A DNA stretch of 64,000 nucleotides from Candidatus Woesearchaeota archaeon. GTDB taxonomy: Archaea; Nanobdellota; Nanobdellia; Pacearchaeales; GW2011-AR1. Numbering within the stretch: the stretch's first letter is position 1; every line of letters starts with the position of its first letter. Location: contig CAZHOH010000005.1 of assembly GCA_964534185.1 (NCBI GenBank), positions 7,777 through 71,776 on the forward strand, read 5' to 3'. Below, in pieces: positions 40,412 through 48,531 of this stretch. The notes below the pieces were generated by a model. It worked only from the letters and a program-made list of their open reading frames with translations. It had not been told where the DNA came from and did not search any database. The translations under genes were made by a program, and so were the position numbers.

Positions 40412-40621
40412 TGGACCTGGAGGGATTTGAACCCCCGACACCTAGATATCTCTAATTCTTACCTTTCATGACTTGCGTCAGCAAACACCTTTAGGAAGGT
40501 GTGTGAGAGGAAACCTTAGGTTTCGTTCGACCACGCTTGGGCGGCGGACGAATGAAAACATTCGTTTGATTTCCTTCAAACTTAAGAGTCTAGTGCTCTA
40601 ACCAGGCTGAGCTACAGATCC
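40412..40621 (-). tRNA. tRNA-Lys (CUU) with a 135-nt intron at the canonical 37/38 position
   Basis: The 5' exon (40621-40583) is GGATCTGTAGCTCAGCCTGGTTAGAGCACTAGACTCTTA. The 3' exon (40447-40412) is ATCTAGGTGTCGGGGGTTCAAATCCCTCCAGGTCCA. Joined, they give a perfect 75-nt cloverleaf. The intron is 40448-40582. Confidence 0.85.
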
Positions 40622-40819
40622 TTAAGGCTGTAGCGAAACTTTACGGCTGAATAAATTCAGCACATGTAGTTTCTTTGATTTCCAGGGAAACTTTCTTTTC
40701 TAAAGAAAGTAAACCTTCAGCTACAAATCCTCAAATGTTATTAGAAACATTCCCTTATAAATTTAATTAACATTCTTGAATATAATAAAACTTATAAGCA
40801 AAAAAAGTTGTTAAGAACA

Positions 40820-41239
40820 ATGGATAAATTAGAAGAAACCTTAGCAAGATCAAAAATAGAATTTCCCAGAACTCTAACTGGAGAAGAATTCAAACAGATG
40901 TTAAAATTTATTGCTTATAAATATGGATACAGAATTCAGGGAGGAACTGAATATAATTTGGTCTTTGACTACACAAATCCTTCGAGAGAAGAAACAAGAG
41001 AAGAAGAACATATTTCTAGAATCGAAGGATTAATCTCCAAATCTCCATTTGGAGGTAGTATGACTAGTTTTACAGGAAATAGGGACATTGGAAAAGCAGG
41101 TTATGATAAATTTAGCAGTCTTTTATTTTTTCTAACTCCGGGATATACAATAGATGAAATTTCAAAAGGTGAACTTAGTCTAATGGATGAAATAAGACAA
41201 GGAGTTGAAAAATATTTTATTCAAAATCCTGAAGAATAA
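40820..41239 (+). CDS. Hypothetical protein
   Basis: 139 aa from ATG 40820 (the track start is a TTG). The TATA-like cttataagc lies about 25 nt upstream. Confidence 0.4.
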   Translation: MDKLEETLARSKIEFPRTLTGEEFKQMLKFIAYKYGYRIQGGTEYNLVFDYTNPSREETREEEHISRIEGLISKSPFGGSMTSFTGNRDIGKAGYDKFSSLLFFLTPGYTIDEISKGELSLMDEIRQGVEKYFIQNPEE

Positions 41240-41509
41240 TCAAGGACGTTTCATCACAGGACTTTTTCTATTCCCTGTAGAATCCTCTTGATTACACCTA
41301 ACTTCTAAGCCAGAATAAACCTTATACAAATCTGGAGAAGTATCTTCCTTATCCACATAAGCTCTATACTTTAAAGAAATTCTTTCATCACTTTCTAATA
41401 TAAATCTCTCATGCCCAAGAACATCTTTTATTCTACCATAAAGCATATTAGTAACAGTTGCCCGCAAATCAATTACATTATCTCCAAAATAAACTATGTA
41501 TCCCATCAC
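41240..41509 (-). CDS. Hypothetical small protein (partner of the upstream wHTH gene)
   Basis: 89 aa; 4-nt start/stop overlap with 41506-41772. Confidence 0.4.
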   Translation of the reverse strand: MMGYIVYFGDNVIDLRATVTNMLYGRIKDVLGHERFILESDERISLKYRAYVDKEDTSPDLYKVYSGLEVRCNQEDSTGNRKSPVMKRP

Positions 41510-41772
41510 CCTATCATCTGTTTTATATCAGAGATATTATCAGCAACAGAAATTCCTTTCTTAGTCAACTTAATTAATTTTATCCTACCCTTTTTTTCAA
41601 AAGTCACCAATCCTAAATCCTCAAGCATCTGAAGAATTTTTACAGCATGACTATAAGTACAGTCAACCTCTTTTGCAAGAATACTCCCATATCGAACTCT
41701 TGACAGCTTTCTCAAAGCAATCATCATGAGTGCCGGTTTCCTTCTGAAGAATATATCAAAATTATCTTTCAT
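41506..41772 (-). CDS. Winged-helix transcriptional regulator
   Basis: YGSILAKEVDCTYSHAVKILQMLEDLGLVTFEKKGRIKLIKLTKKG. Confidence 0.55.
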   Translation of the reverse strand: MKDNFDIFFRRKPALMMIALRKLSRVRYGSILAKEVDCTYSHAVKILQMLEDLGLVTFEKKGRIKLIKLTKKGISVADNISDIKQMIG

Positions 41773-41921
41773 TTTGTTGGAGATATATAATCAAACCTAT
41801 ATATCTGATTATAATATGCTCCAGCAGAGCTTTTTAAATTTTTCGTGGTTTAAAAAGCCCAAAATTCCCCAAGTTTTACTACTTTGGACAAGTTAATTTT
41901 CAGAATTTAAGTTAATTATTC

Positions 41922-42281
41922 TTATTGGGATTTAATTTTCTCAAATCCCGTAGAATCAAATTCTTGTCTAAATGCTTTTGTCCCTGCAATTAACCTATAA
42001 ATTTTTGGTTGTTTTTTATTCAAATAGACTTCAATACCAACAGAACTTCGATGGCTCAATTTATTTAACTCTTGTAAAAGACAAACTGCAAAGGCAGTAT
42101 CAAAAGAATTTCTTTCTCCTCCATTATTGTTTTTGCTAAAATCGACAATCATCCCATCATATTCTCTCGAAACACAAACTTCATACTCTTCTTCAACAAT
42201 GTTACTTAACTCATGAGCATCAAATAAATTAAAACCCCCATCAATTACCACGTGGTGATATCTTCCTTGTACTTTAATCAT
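41922..42281 (-). CDS. Hypothetical protein
   Basis: The start is set at MIKVQGRYHHVVIDGG because the longer ORF overlaps the topA start; no firm motif. Confidence 0.35.
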   Translation of the reverse strand: MIKVQGRYHHVVIDGGFNLFDAHELSNIVEEEYEVCVSREYDGMIVDFSKNNNGGERNSFDTAFAVCLLQELNKLSHRSSVGIEVYLNKKQPKIYRLIAGTKAFRQEFDSTGFEKIKSQ

Positions 42282-42355
42282 CCAATCTATTGTCCAATAA
42301 CCTTTAAAAACATTCTTACAAAAACATATATATTCAGGTTTCACTTTAAAAAAAC

Positions 42356-44602
42356 ATGGCAAAAGACCTAATAAAAATATACAATGAAAGACAGGTAAAA
42401 GAAAACTTTGTTCCAATCGACGAAGAAGATATAGCTCACGCAGTAGACATACCTGTTAAAGAAATAAAACTCGAGTTTATAGAAAAGTCCTCTCAAAAAA
42501 AACCAAAAAAACAAGCAAAAAGAAAATCAACATCCAAAAAGAATTGGATAGAAAAATTTAAAATCCCCGGCCCAGAAAAACTTCCCCCAAAAGGATATAT
42601 TTTAATTATCACAGAAAAACCTCAAGCCTCAATAAAAATAGCCAACGCTTTAACAGATTCTGCCGTCGTCAAAAAAGGAGCTTCAGGAGTTTACTATTAT
42701 GAAATTGAAAAAGACAATAAAAAAATAATAGTTGCATGTGCAGTAGGACACTTATTTACCTTAGCAGAAGTATCAAAAACTTACAACGCCCCATCTTTCA
42801 ATATAAAATGGGCCCCAAACTTTTTAATAAGAAAAGGAGATTTTACAAAAAAATACTACGACACTCTAGCAAAGCTTTGCAAAAAAGCATCTGAAATAAT
42901 TGTAGCAACAGACTATGATATAGAAGGAGAAGTAATAGGCATGAACATTGTAAAATACATCTGCAACCAAAAAGACGCCCAAAGAATGAAATTCTCAACC
43001 CTAACACAAAACGAATTAAAACAATCCTACACAAACCGCTCAAACACTTTAAATTGGCACCAAGGAATTGCAGGAGAAACCCGCCACTACATTGATTGGA
43101 TCTACGGAATAAACATCTCAAGAGCACTCATGGATGCAGTAAAATCTGCAGGAAGATTCAGATTAATCTCAATAGGGAGAGTCCAAGGTCCCACATTAAA
43201 TCTGCTAGTAAAAAAAGAACTTGAAATCAAAGCCTTCAACCCCGAAAAATACTGGCAGGTATTTTTAGAAATCACCGACGGCAAAAATACACTAGAAGTC
43301 AAGCATATTAAAGATTTGAAAAAACAAAAAGATTTAGAAAAATTCAAAGAACTAAAAGGAAAAAAAGGAAAGGCAAAAACAGAAAAGTCGCAACACAAAG
43401 TAATCCCTCCAGCCCCCTTTGATTTAACCTCCTTACAAACAGAAGCTTATCGCCACCACAGAATAACCCCTTCAAACACTCTAAGAGCTGCACAAAACCT
43501 TTATCTTGCAGGATTAATCTCCTATCCAAGAACAAGTTCACAAAAACTTCCGCCAGAAATTGGCTACAATAAAATAATCAAAAAAATAGCAAAAATCTTT
43601 AACTTAGAATCCTCAGTAACACGAAAAAAGCCCATCGAAGGAAAAAAGTCAGACCCAGCACACCCCTCTATTTACCCTACAGGAGAATTTCAAAAACTCT
43701 CAGGAGACGACGAAAAAATTTTCAATTTAATCGCAAAAAGATTCATAAGCTGTTTTACCGACGACGCAGTCTTAGATGATAAAAAAATAACAGCAGAAAT
43801 AGAAACTTTAAAATTCGCAGCAAAGGGAGTTACAATTACCAAAAAAGGTTGGATGGCAGTTTATCCTTCAAATCTTAAAGAATCAGAATTAGGAGATATT
43901 GAAGAAAACATAGAAGTAAAAAACGTAAAAATAGAAGAAAAACTAACCCAACCCCCAAAACGTTACACTCCTGCATCAATTGTCTCAGAACTAGAAAAAA
44001 AGAACCTAGGAACAAAAGCAACACGTTCATCAATTATAGAAACACTCTACGACAGAGGATACATAAAAGAAAGAAGCATAGAAGCGACAACATTAGGAAT
44101 ATCAATGATTTCAACACTTGAAAAAAACTGCCCGACAATCATAGAAGAACAATTAACAAGAGATATAGAAAAAAGACTAGAAAACATAAGAAGCTCAAAG
44201 TCCCCTCTTGAAAAAGAAAAGGAAATTCTAAAAGATACAGAAAAGGTAATGTCCACTATCTGGGAACAATTTCAAAAAAATAAATTAAACATCGGCAAGG
44301 ATCTAATAAAAGCAACAGAAAAACTATGGGAAGAGCAAAAAAAGGACAACCAGCTAATGCAATGCCCTGTCTGCAAAAGAGGCAGTTTAACAATTAAATA
44401 CACAAAAAAATATAATCGCTTTTTCGTAGCATGCGATAACTATCCTGAATGCAAAACAACATACACTTTACCTCCAAATTCTTTAATTAAAAGAACAGAT
44501 AAACAATGTGAATTCTGCAAGTTTTCAATACTGATGTCAATAAGAAAAGGAAAACGTCCCTGGTTTTTCTGCTTTAATCCAGATTGCCCCTCAAAAAAAT
44601 AA
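42356..44602 (+). CDS. topA: DNA topoisomerase I (type IA) with a Lys-rich N-terminal extension and C-terminal Zn fingers
   Basis: Toprim ILIITEKPQAS and VATDYDIEGE. Active-site region GLISYPRTSSQKLP. CPVCKRG...CDNYPEC and CEFCKF...CFNPDC. Confidence 0.9.
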   Translation: MAKDLIKIYNERQVKENFVPIDEEDIAHAVDIPVKEIKLEFIEKSSQKKPKKQAKRKSTSKKNWIEKFKIPGPEKLPPKGYILIITEKPQASIKIANALTDSAVVKKGASGVYYYEIEKDNKKIIVACAVGHLFTLAEVSKTYNAPSFNIKWAPNFLIRKGDFTKKYYDTLAKLCKKASEIIVATDYDIEGEVIGMNIVKYICNQKDAQRMKFSTLTQNELKQSYTNRSNTLNWHQGIAGETRHYIDWIYGINISRALMDAVKSAGRFRLISIGRVQGPTLNLLVKKELEIKAFNPEKYWQVFLEITDGKNTLEVKHIKDLKKQKDLEKFKELKGKKGKAKTEKSQHKVIPPAPFDLTSLQTEAYRHHRITPSNTLRAAQNLYLAGLISYPRTSSQKLPPEIGYNKIIKKIAKIFNLESSVTRKKPIEGKKSDPAHPSIYPTGEFQKLSGDDEKIFNLIAKRFISCFTDDAVLDDKKITAEIETLKFAAKGVTITKKGWMAVYPSNLKESELGDIEENIEVKNVKIEEKLTQPPKRYTPASIVSELEKKNLGTKATRSSIIETLYDRGYIKERSIEATTLGISMISTLEKNCPTIIEEQLTRDIEKRLENIRSSKSPLEKEKEILKDTEKVMSTIWEQFQKNKLNIGKDLIKATEKLWEEQKKDNQLMQCPVCKRGSLTIKYTKKYNRFFVACDNYPECKTTYTLPPNSLIKRTDKQCEFCKFSILMSIRKGKRPWFFCFNPDCPSKK

Positions 44603-44884
44603 TCACTCTACTTCTATGGGTCGTTTGTCAGGATTATTTTCTTCTTCATTATGTCTCTTTACAACAACAAAGATAATAATTCCAAGTAGAATAACAACAA
44701 TAGAGATGACAAGTATAAGCCCGTCAATAATACTGCCTTCTCCGCCTTCAGAACCATCACCAGGACTCAAAAAAACCCCTTTATCAATCAAATATAAAGA
44801 AACACCCAAAACAATAAGACAAAAAATAGTTAAACTCAAAACCCAAATAATTCTTTTATCCTTACTGCCCAATTTCTTTTTCAT
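44603..44884 (-). CDS. Small bitopic membrane protein
   Basis: Two TM segments. The C-terminus IIIFVVVKRHNEEENN is nearly identical to that of the upstream 575-aa protein. Confidence 0.45.
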   Translation of the reverse strand: MKKKLGSKDKRIIWVLSLTIFCLIVLGVSLYLIDKGVFLSPGDGSEGGEGSIIDGLILVISIVVILLGIIIFVVVKRHNEEENNPDKRPIEVE

Positions 44885-44895
44885 TTGAAAGAATG

Positions 44896-46623
44896 CTATC
44901 TAAAACTAGGAAGATTATTATTTCCAGAAGGTCTTTTTTGTGTTGAACTTGAAGAACTTATATTTTCTTCTTCATTTTTCCTTTTGATAACAACAAAGAT
45001 AATTATTGCAACAACAATTATAATTAAAACAACAATAATTATTATCACATAAATCCAAGCATTATCTAGTGTACTATCATCACTAGTTCCATCAGTATCA
45101 CTGCCCCCGGTATCATCAACCTGATAATTACACTCTCCTGGAACAAGTCCTACATTACTCCATTGTCCATTTACACATCTCTGAAGGTATCTTCCATTAC
45201 AATCCTCTTCACCAGCTTCACAAACAGGGTCTCTTACACAATCTCCGTCACTATCGCAACTATATCCTAAAGGACAATCAGCATTCACACTACATTCTTC
45301 ACCACCATCATCTTCAACAACACAAGCTGCATCTGAACACTCGTTTTCACAAACATGCGCTTCTTTAAACATTGTTTCATTTGTAGCATCAAAGTTTGAA
45401 GGACATATTGCTTCAATTAAAGTTTTGTTAAAGTCAGTATTATTCATACTTGCCTCACTTGAATTAAGGATATTCATATCAACAAGTTCATCAATCTCAG
45501 TCGAATTTAAGTCTCTCAAACATACATCTGCAACATTTAACTGTTGGATTCCATTGTCAGTCACATTAATATTTCCAGACTCTGTAAATATGTTTCCATC
45601 ATCAGAATCACTGCAAATCGGTCCTGTTTCATCCCCACTAGCTTCAATCAGTAAATCAAATGTTTGGTCATTAGGTCCAGTCAATCCATATCCATTTCCT
45701 AGATTGTCCCATAACATTATCCTGCCATTATTAGGAGCAATTCCAAACGGATGATAATATCCTGCAACAGGCTTGAAATTCGGAGGAAGTCCCCATGCCT
45801 GTTTATCTTGTTCAGTGAATTCAACATATCTTGATTGTCCAGGATTCCAAACATATGCTCTTCCTTGAGCATCAAATAATGCATATCTTCCCCCATTATT
45901 GCCCCAAGGATGAGTATATCCAACTATCGGCTTAAAGTTTGCAGGCAATCCTGAACCAATTTTAGAAGACTCTTCAACTTTTACATACTTTTTATAAAAT
46001 TCTCCAGCATTAGGATTATAATTTATACTATACTGAACACCATTAGCATCCCATAAATGAACATAACCACACACATTCCCTTCAGGACAATTCTGATCAG
46101 CCAAGTCATGATAATAAGCTACAATAGGCTTGTAATCAACAGGCAAACCAGAACCAACTTTACTTTCATCTGTCAATAAAACATATTTCTCGCCTTGCTG
46201 TCCATTCCATGAATAAGAATGTCCGCTTGAATTCCAAATTCTCATATATCCTCCTTCAACAGGATGATAAAGTCCTGCAACAGCTTTAAAGTCTCCAGGA
46301 ATTCCCCATTCATTTATTTTATACGCAGAATCAAAAACATCACAACCTCCCTCTTCTTCAGGATTAGTACATCCAATAACATCTCCTTGAGCATCCCACA
46401 ACATCAATCTACCATTACCATACCAAGGCATCCAGTATCCCATTGTTGGTTTAAACCCTTCAGGAAATTCTGGAGCAGCAGGTGCAAACAAAGGTTTAGA
46501 ATTATAAACATAAAAAAGAGCACCAATCAAAACAATCAAAATAACAATACCCCAAATCAAAGTTTTATTATTAGAGTCTGATTTCTTAACAGAATTACTT
46601 TTCTTCTTCACACCCTTTTTCAT
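44896..46623 (-). CDS. Surface protein with five ~55-aa propeller-like repeats, a Cys-rich stalk and a C-terminal TM anchor
   Basis: Repeats: PEGFKPTMGYWMPW...LWDAQG, GIPGDFKAVAGLYHP...IWNSSG, GLPVDYKPIVAYYH...LWDANG, GLPANFKPIVGYTHP...LFDAQG, GLPPNFKPVAGYYHP...LWDNLG. Anchor: VIIIIVVLIIIVVAIIIFVVIKRKNEEEN. Confidence 0.55.
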   Translation of the reverse strand: MKKGVKKKSNSVKKSDSNNKTLIWGIVILIVLIGALFYVYNSKPLFAPAAPEFPEGFKPTMGYWMPWYGNGRLMLWDAQGDVIGCTNPEEEGGCDVFDSAYKINEWGIPGDFKAVAGLYHPVEGGYMRIWNSSGHSYSWNGQQGEKYVLLTDESKVGSGLPVDYKPIVAYYHDLADQNCPEGNVCGYVHLWDANGVQYSINYNPNAGEFYKKYVKVEESSKIGSGLPANFKPIVGYTHPWGNNGGRYALFDAQGRAYVWNPGQSRYVEFTEQDKQAWGLPPNFKPVAGYYHPFGIAPNNGRIMLWDNLGNGYGLTGPNDQTFDLLIEASGDETGPICSDSDDGNIFTESGNINVTDNGIQQLNVADVCLRDLNSTEIDELVDMNILNSSEASMNNTDFNKTLIEAICPSNFDATNETMFKEAHVCENECSDAACVVEDDGGEECSVNADCPLGYSCDSDGDCVRDPVCEAGEEDCNGRYLQRCVNGQWSNVGLVPGECNYQVDDTGGSDTDGTSDDSTLDNAWIYVIIIIVVLIIIVVAIIIFVVIKRKNEEENISSSSSTQKRPSGNNNLPSFR

Positions 46624-46664
46624 AATTACTTTAGAATCTTTCTCTTTATAAATATTTCGCCAAT

Positions 46665-47399
46665 TTAAAATATTCCACGCCGCCGAATTCCAGAATTAAC
46701 AATATTAAAACTTAATTCTTTTTCAGGAAGGCTCCGATGTTTTCGAAGTATCGCTTTCCGTCGATTACCACTACCCTCTAATTCAATTAAACACTTGCTC
46801 CAGTATTTCAATAAATCCCCTCCCACCATGTTTGCAGTTTTTTCTTTGCCTTGTTTGAATTCATCTTCTGTAAGAAAGGCATAATAAACTTGATTAGTTA
46901 CAATAATGGGCATATTTTTTTTCCGCGCAATCTCTGCAAGAGTTCTTAATTGTTTAGCCAGTTCTTTATTCGCCTCTCTAAATTTCTCAATATTCTGAAT
47001 TTTCCGTGCATCACTAATCTCAAGACGATAAAGCATAGTCATTCCATCGACAATAATCCCTCCTATTTTATTATTTTCCCTTATCTGTTTCAGCAAAGAA
47101 TCAAAAACTTTTTTCTGTTCTTCAAAACTCGTCGGTTTCATAAGCAAAACATTCCCAAGATAATCTTCATATTCTTTACCAACAATTTGTTTAAATCTGT
47201 CAACAGAAAATCCTCCTTCTGTATCTATAAAAATAATTTTATTTCCTTTTTTCGCCTGCGACGCGGCAAGAGCAACACAAAAATTAGTCTTCCCACTCCC
47301 AGCCGGCCCATATATCGTCGTTATAATGTCCTTTTCATAACCTCCAAAAAGCCACTTATTCAAATCATAACTTCCTGCAGAAATCCGCGTCTCTTTCAT
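46665..47399 (-). CDS. radB: RadB (RecA/RadA paralogue ATPase)
   Basis: DLNKWLFGGYEKDIITTIYGPAGSGKTNFC and IFIDTEGGFSVDRFKQI. 244 aa. Confidence 0.65.
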   Translation of the reverse strand: MKETRISAGSYDLNKWLFGGYEKDIITTIYGPAGSGKTNFCVALAASQAKKGNKIIFIDTEGGFSVDRFKQIVGKEYEDYLGNVLLMKPTSFEEQKKVFDSLLKQIRENNKIGGIIVDGMTMLYRLEISDARKIQNIEKFREANKELAKQLRTLAEIARKKNMPIIVTNQVYYAFLTEDEFKQGKEKTANMVGGDLLKYWSKCLIELEGSGNRRKAILRKHRSLPEKELSFNIVNSGIRRRGIF

Positions 47400-47464
47400 A
47401 AAAACAAAAATCTTTTCTAATTAATAAGTTTTTATATTCAAATAATTCCCAAAAATTTAAATAC

Positions 47465-48184
47465 ATGAACAACATTTCACCACCAATGCCAAATAAAAAA
47501 ACAAAAAAATCAAATAAAGAGGAAAAAGAAACATACAGTGTAGATTTCTTCAAAAAATTAAAACCCTTATTTTTCAAGCCCTCAAAATTTCTTACTAAAC
47601 TTGAAAAAGAAAAATCATACCAAGTTGTGTTAAGAGATTATGTTCTTTTCTATATGTCTTATGTTTTAATAAGTCTGATAATCTCTATTGCATTAAGCCA
47701 GATAACCCTTTATCAAGGACTATTTGAATTCATTATGCAGTTGATTTACACTGTTATAATAATCTTCGCTCTTTCTGCTTTAATCCATATGGGTGTTTTA
47801 ATTTTCAGACAAAATAAAAAGTTCATTGAAACATATAAAGTAGCAGGATACTCACTAATAATCGCAACAGTTTATTCATATCTGATTTTAATATTTTCTT
47901 ACATGATTCCTTTTGACACTTCATTAATCCAGCAGATGCAGACAACAGCAAATCCTGATACTGTCCAGCAACTTTTCACTCAATTCCTTTCACAGCCAGG
48001 AGTAATACTCGCCATAATCATAAATATCACAGGCATCATCCATTCTTTGGTATTCTTAATTATGGGAATATCAAAATTCCATCAACTTTCAAAGCTAAAA
48101 TCATTTTTCGCAATAATCCTCCCAATAATCGCATTCTTTATACTGCTAGTTTTATTCTTCTTGCTGGCAACAGCAGCAGCATAA
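47465..48184 (+). CDS. Multi-pass membrane protein (Yip1-like, tentative)
   Basis: Five hydrophobic helices after a basic N-terminus. Confidence 0.35.
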   Translation: MNNISPPMPNKKTKKSNKEEKETYSVDFFKKLKPLFFKPSKFLTKLEKEKSYQVVLRDYVLFYMSYVLISLIISIALSQITLYQGLFEFIMQLIYTVIIIFALSALIHMGVLIFRQNKKFIETYKVAGYSLIIATVYSYLILIFSYMIPFDTSLIQQMQTTANPDTVQQLFTQFLSQPGVILAIIINITGIIHSLVFLIMGISKFHQLSKLKSFFAIILPIIAFFILLVLFFLLATAAA

Positions 48185-48222
48185 GCATAGATTTAATAAA
48201 TGCTTTAATCTTCTTTTGACAT

Positions 48223-48498
48223 ATGAAAAAGGCAGCAAAGCTCACTATAAAAGGAACAGTTCAGGGCGTTTTTTTCAGAAAATATATTAAAGACACAGCT
48301 GACAAATTAGGATTAAAGGGTTTTGTAAGAAACCTCGAGTCAGGAAAAGTAGAAGTTTTTGTCGAAGGAGACATAGAAAAAGTAGACGAAATGGAGGAAT
48401 TTTGCAAAAAAGGCCCAAAACATGCAAACGTAAAAGACGTAAAAATAGAAGAAAAACCTTTCCAGGATTATAAAGATTTCAAAATCCTCCACATCTAA
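48223..48498 (+). CDS. acyP: Acylphosphatase
   Basis: GTVQGVFFRKY and GFVRNLESGKVEVFVEG. 91 aa. Confidence 0.85.
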   Translation: MKKAAKLTIKGTVQGVFFRKYIKDTADKLGLKGFVRNLESGKVEVFVEGDIEKVDEMEEFCKKGPKHANVKDVKIEEKPFQDYKDFKILHI

Positions 48499-48531
48499 AA
48501 AATATTTAAACTAAACCAAATTAAAATAAAA

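Noticed and set aside
40286-40471. 61-aa ORF with TTTLGRSHS x3
   Set aside because: It is a translation of the 27-nt tandem repeat from a non-ATG start, and it runs antisense into the tRNA-Lys 3' exon. The minus-strand frame MTPPKRGRR x3 is equally an artefact candidate.
40622-40730. A second complete tRNA gene or an H/ACA or C/D sRNA upstream of tRNA-Lys
   Set aside because: Only the first 12 nt resemble a tRNA. No D or anticodon arms can be drawn, and there are no RUGAUGA/CUGA box pairs or single-hairpin ACA architecture. I kept it only as a structured element of unknown role.
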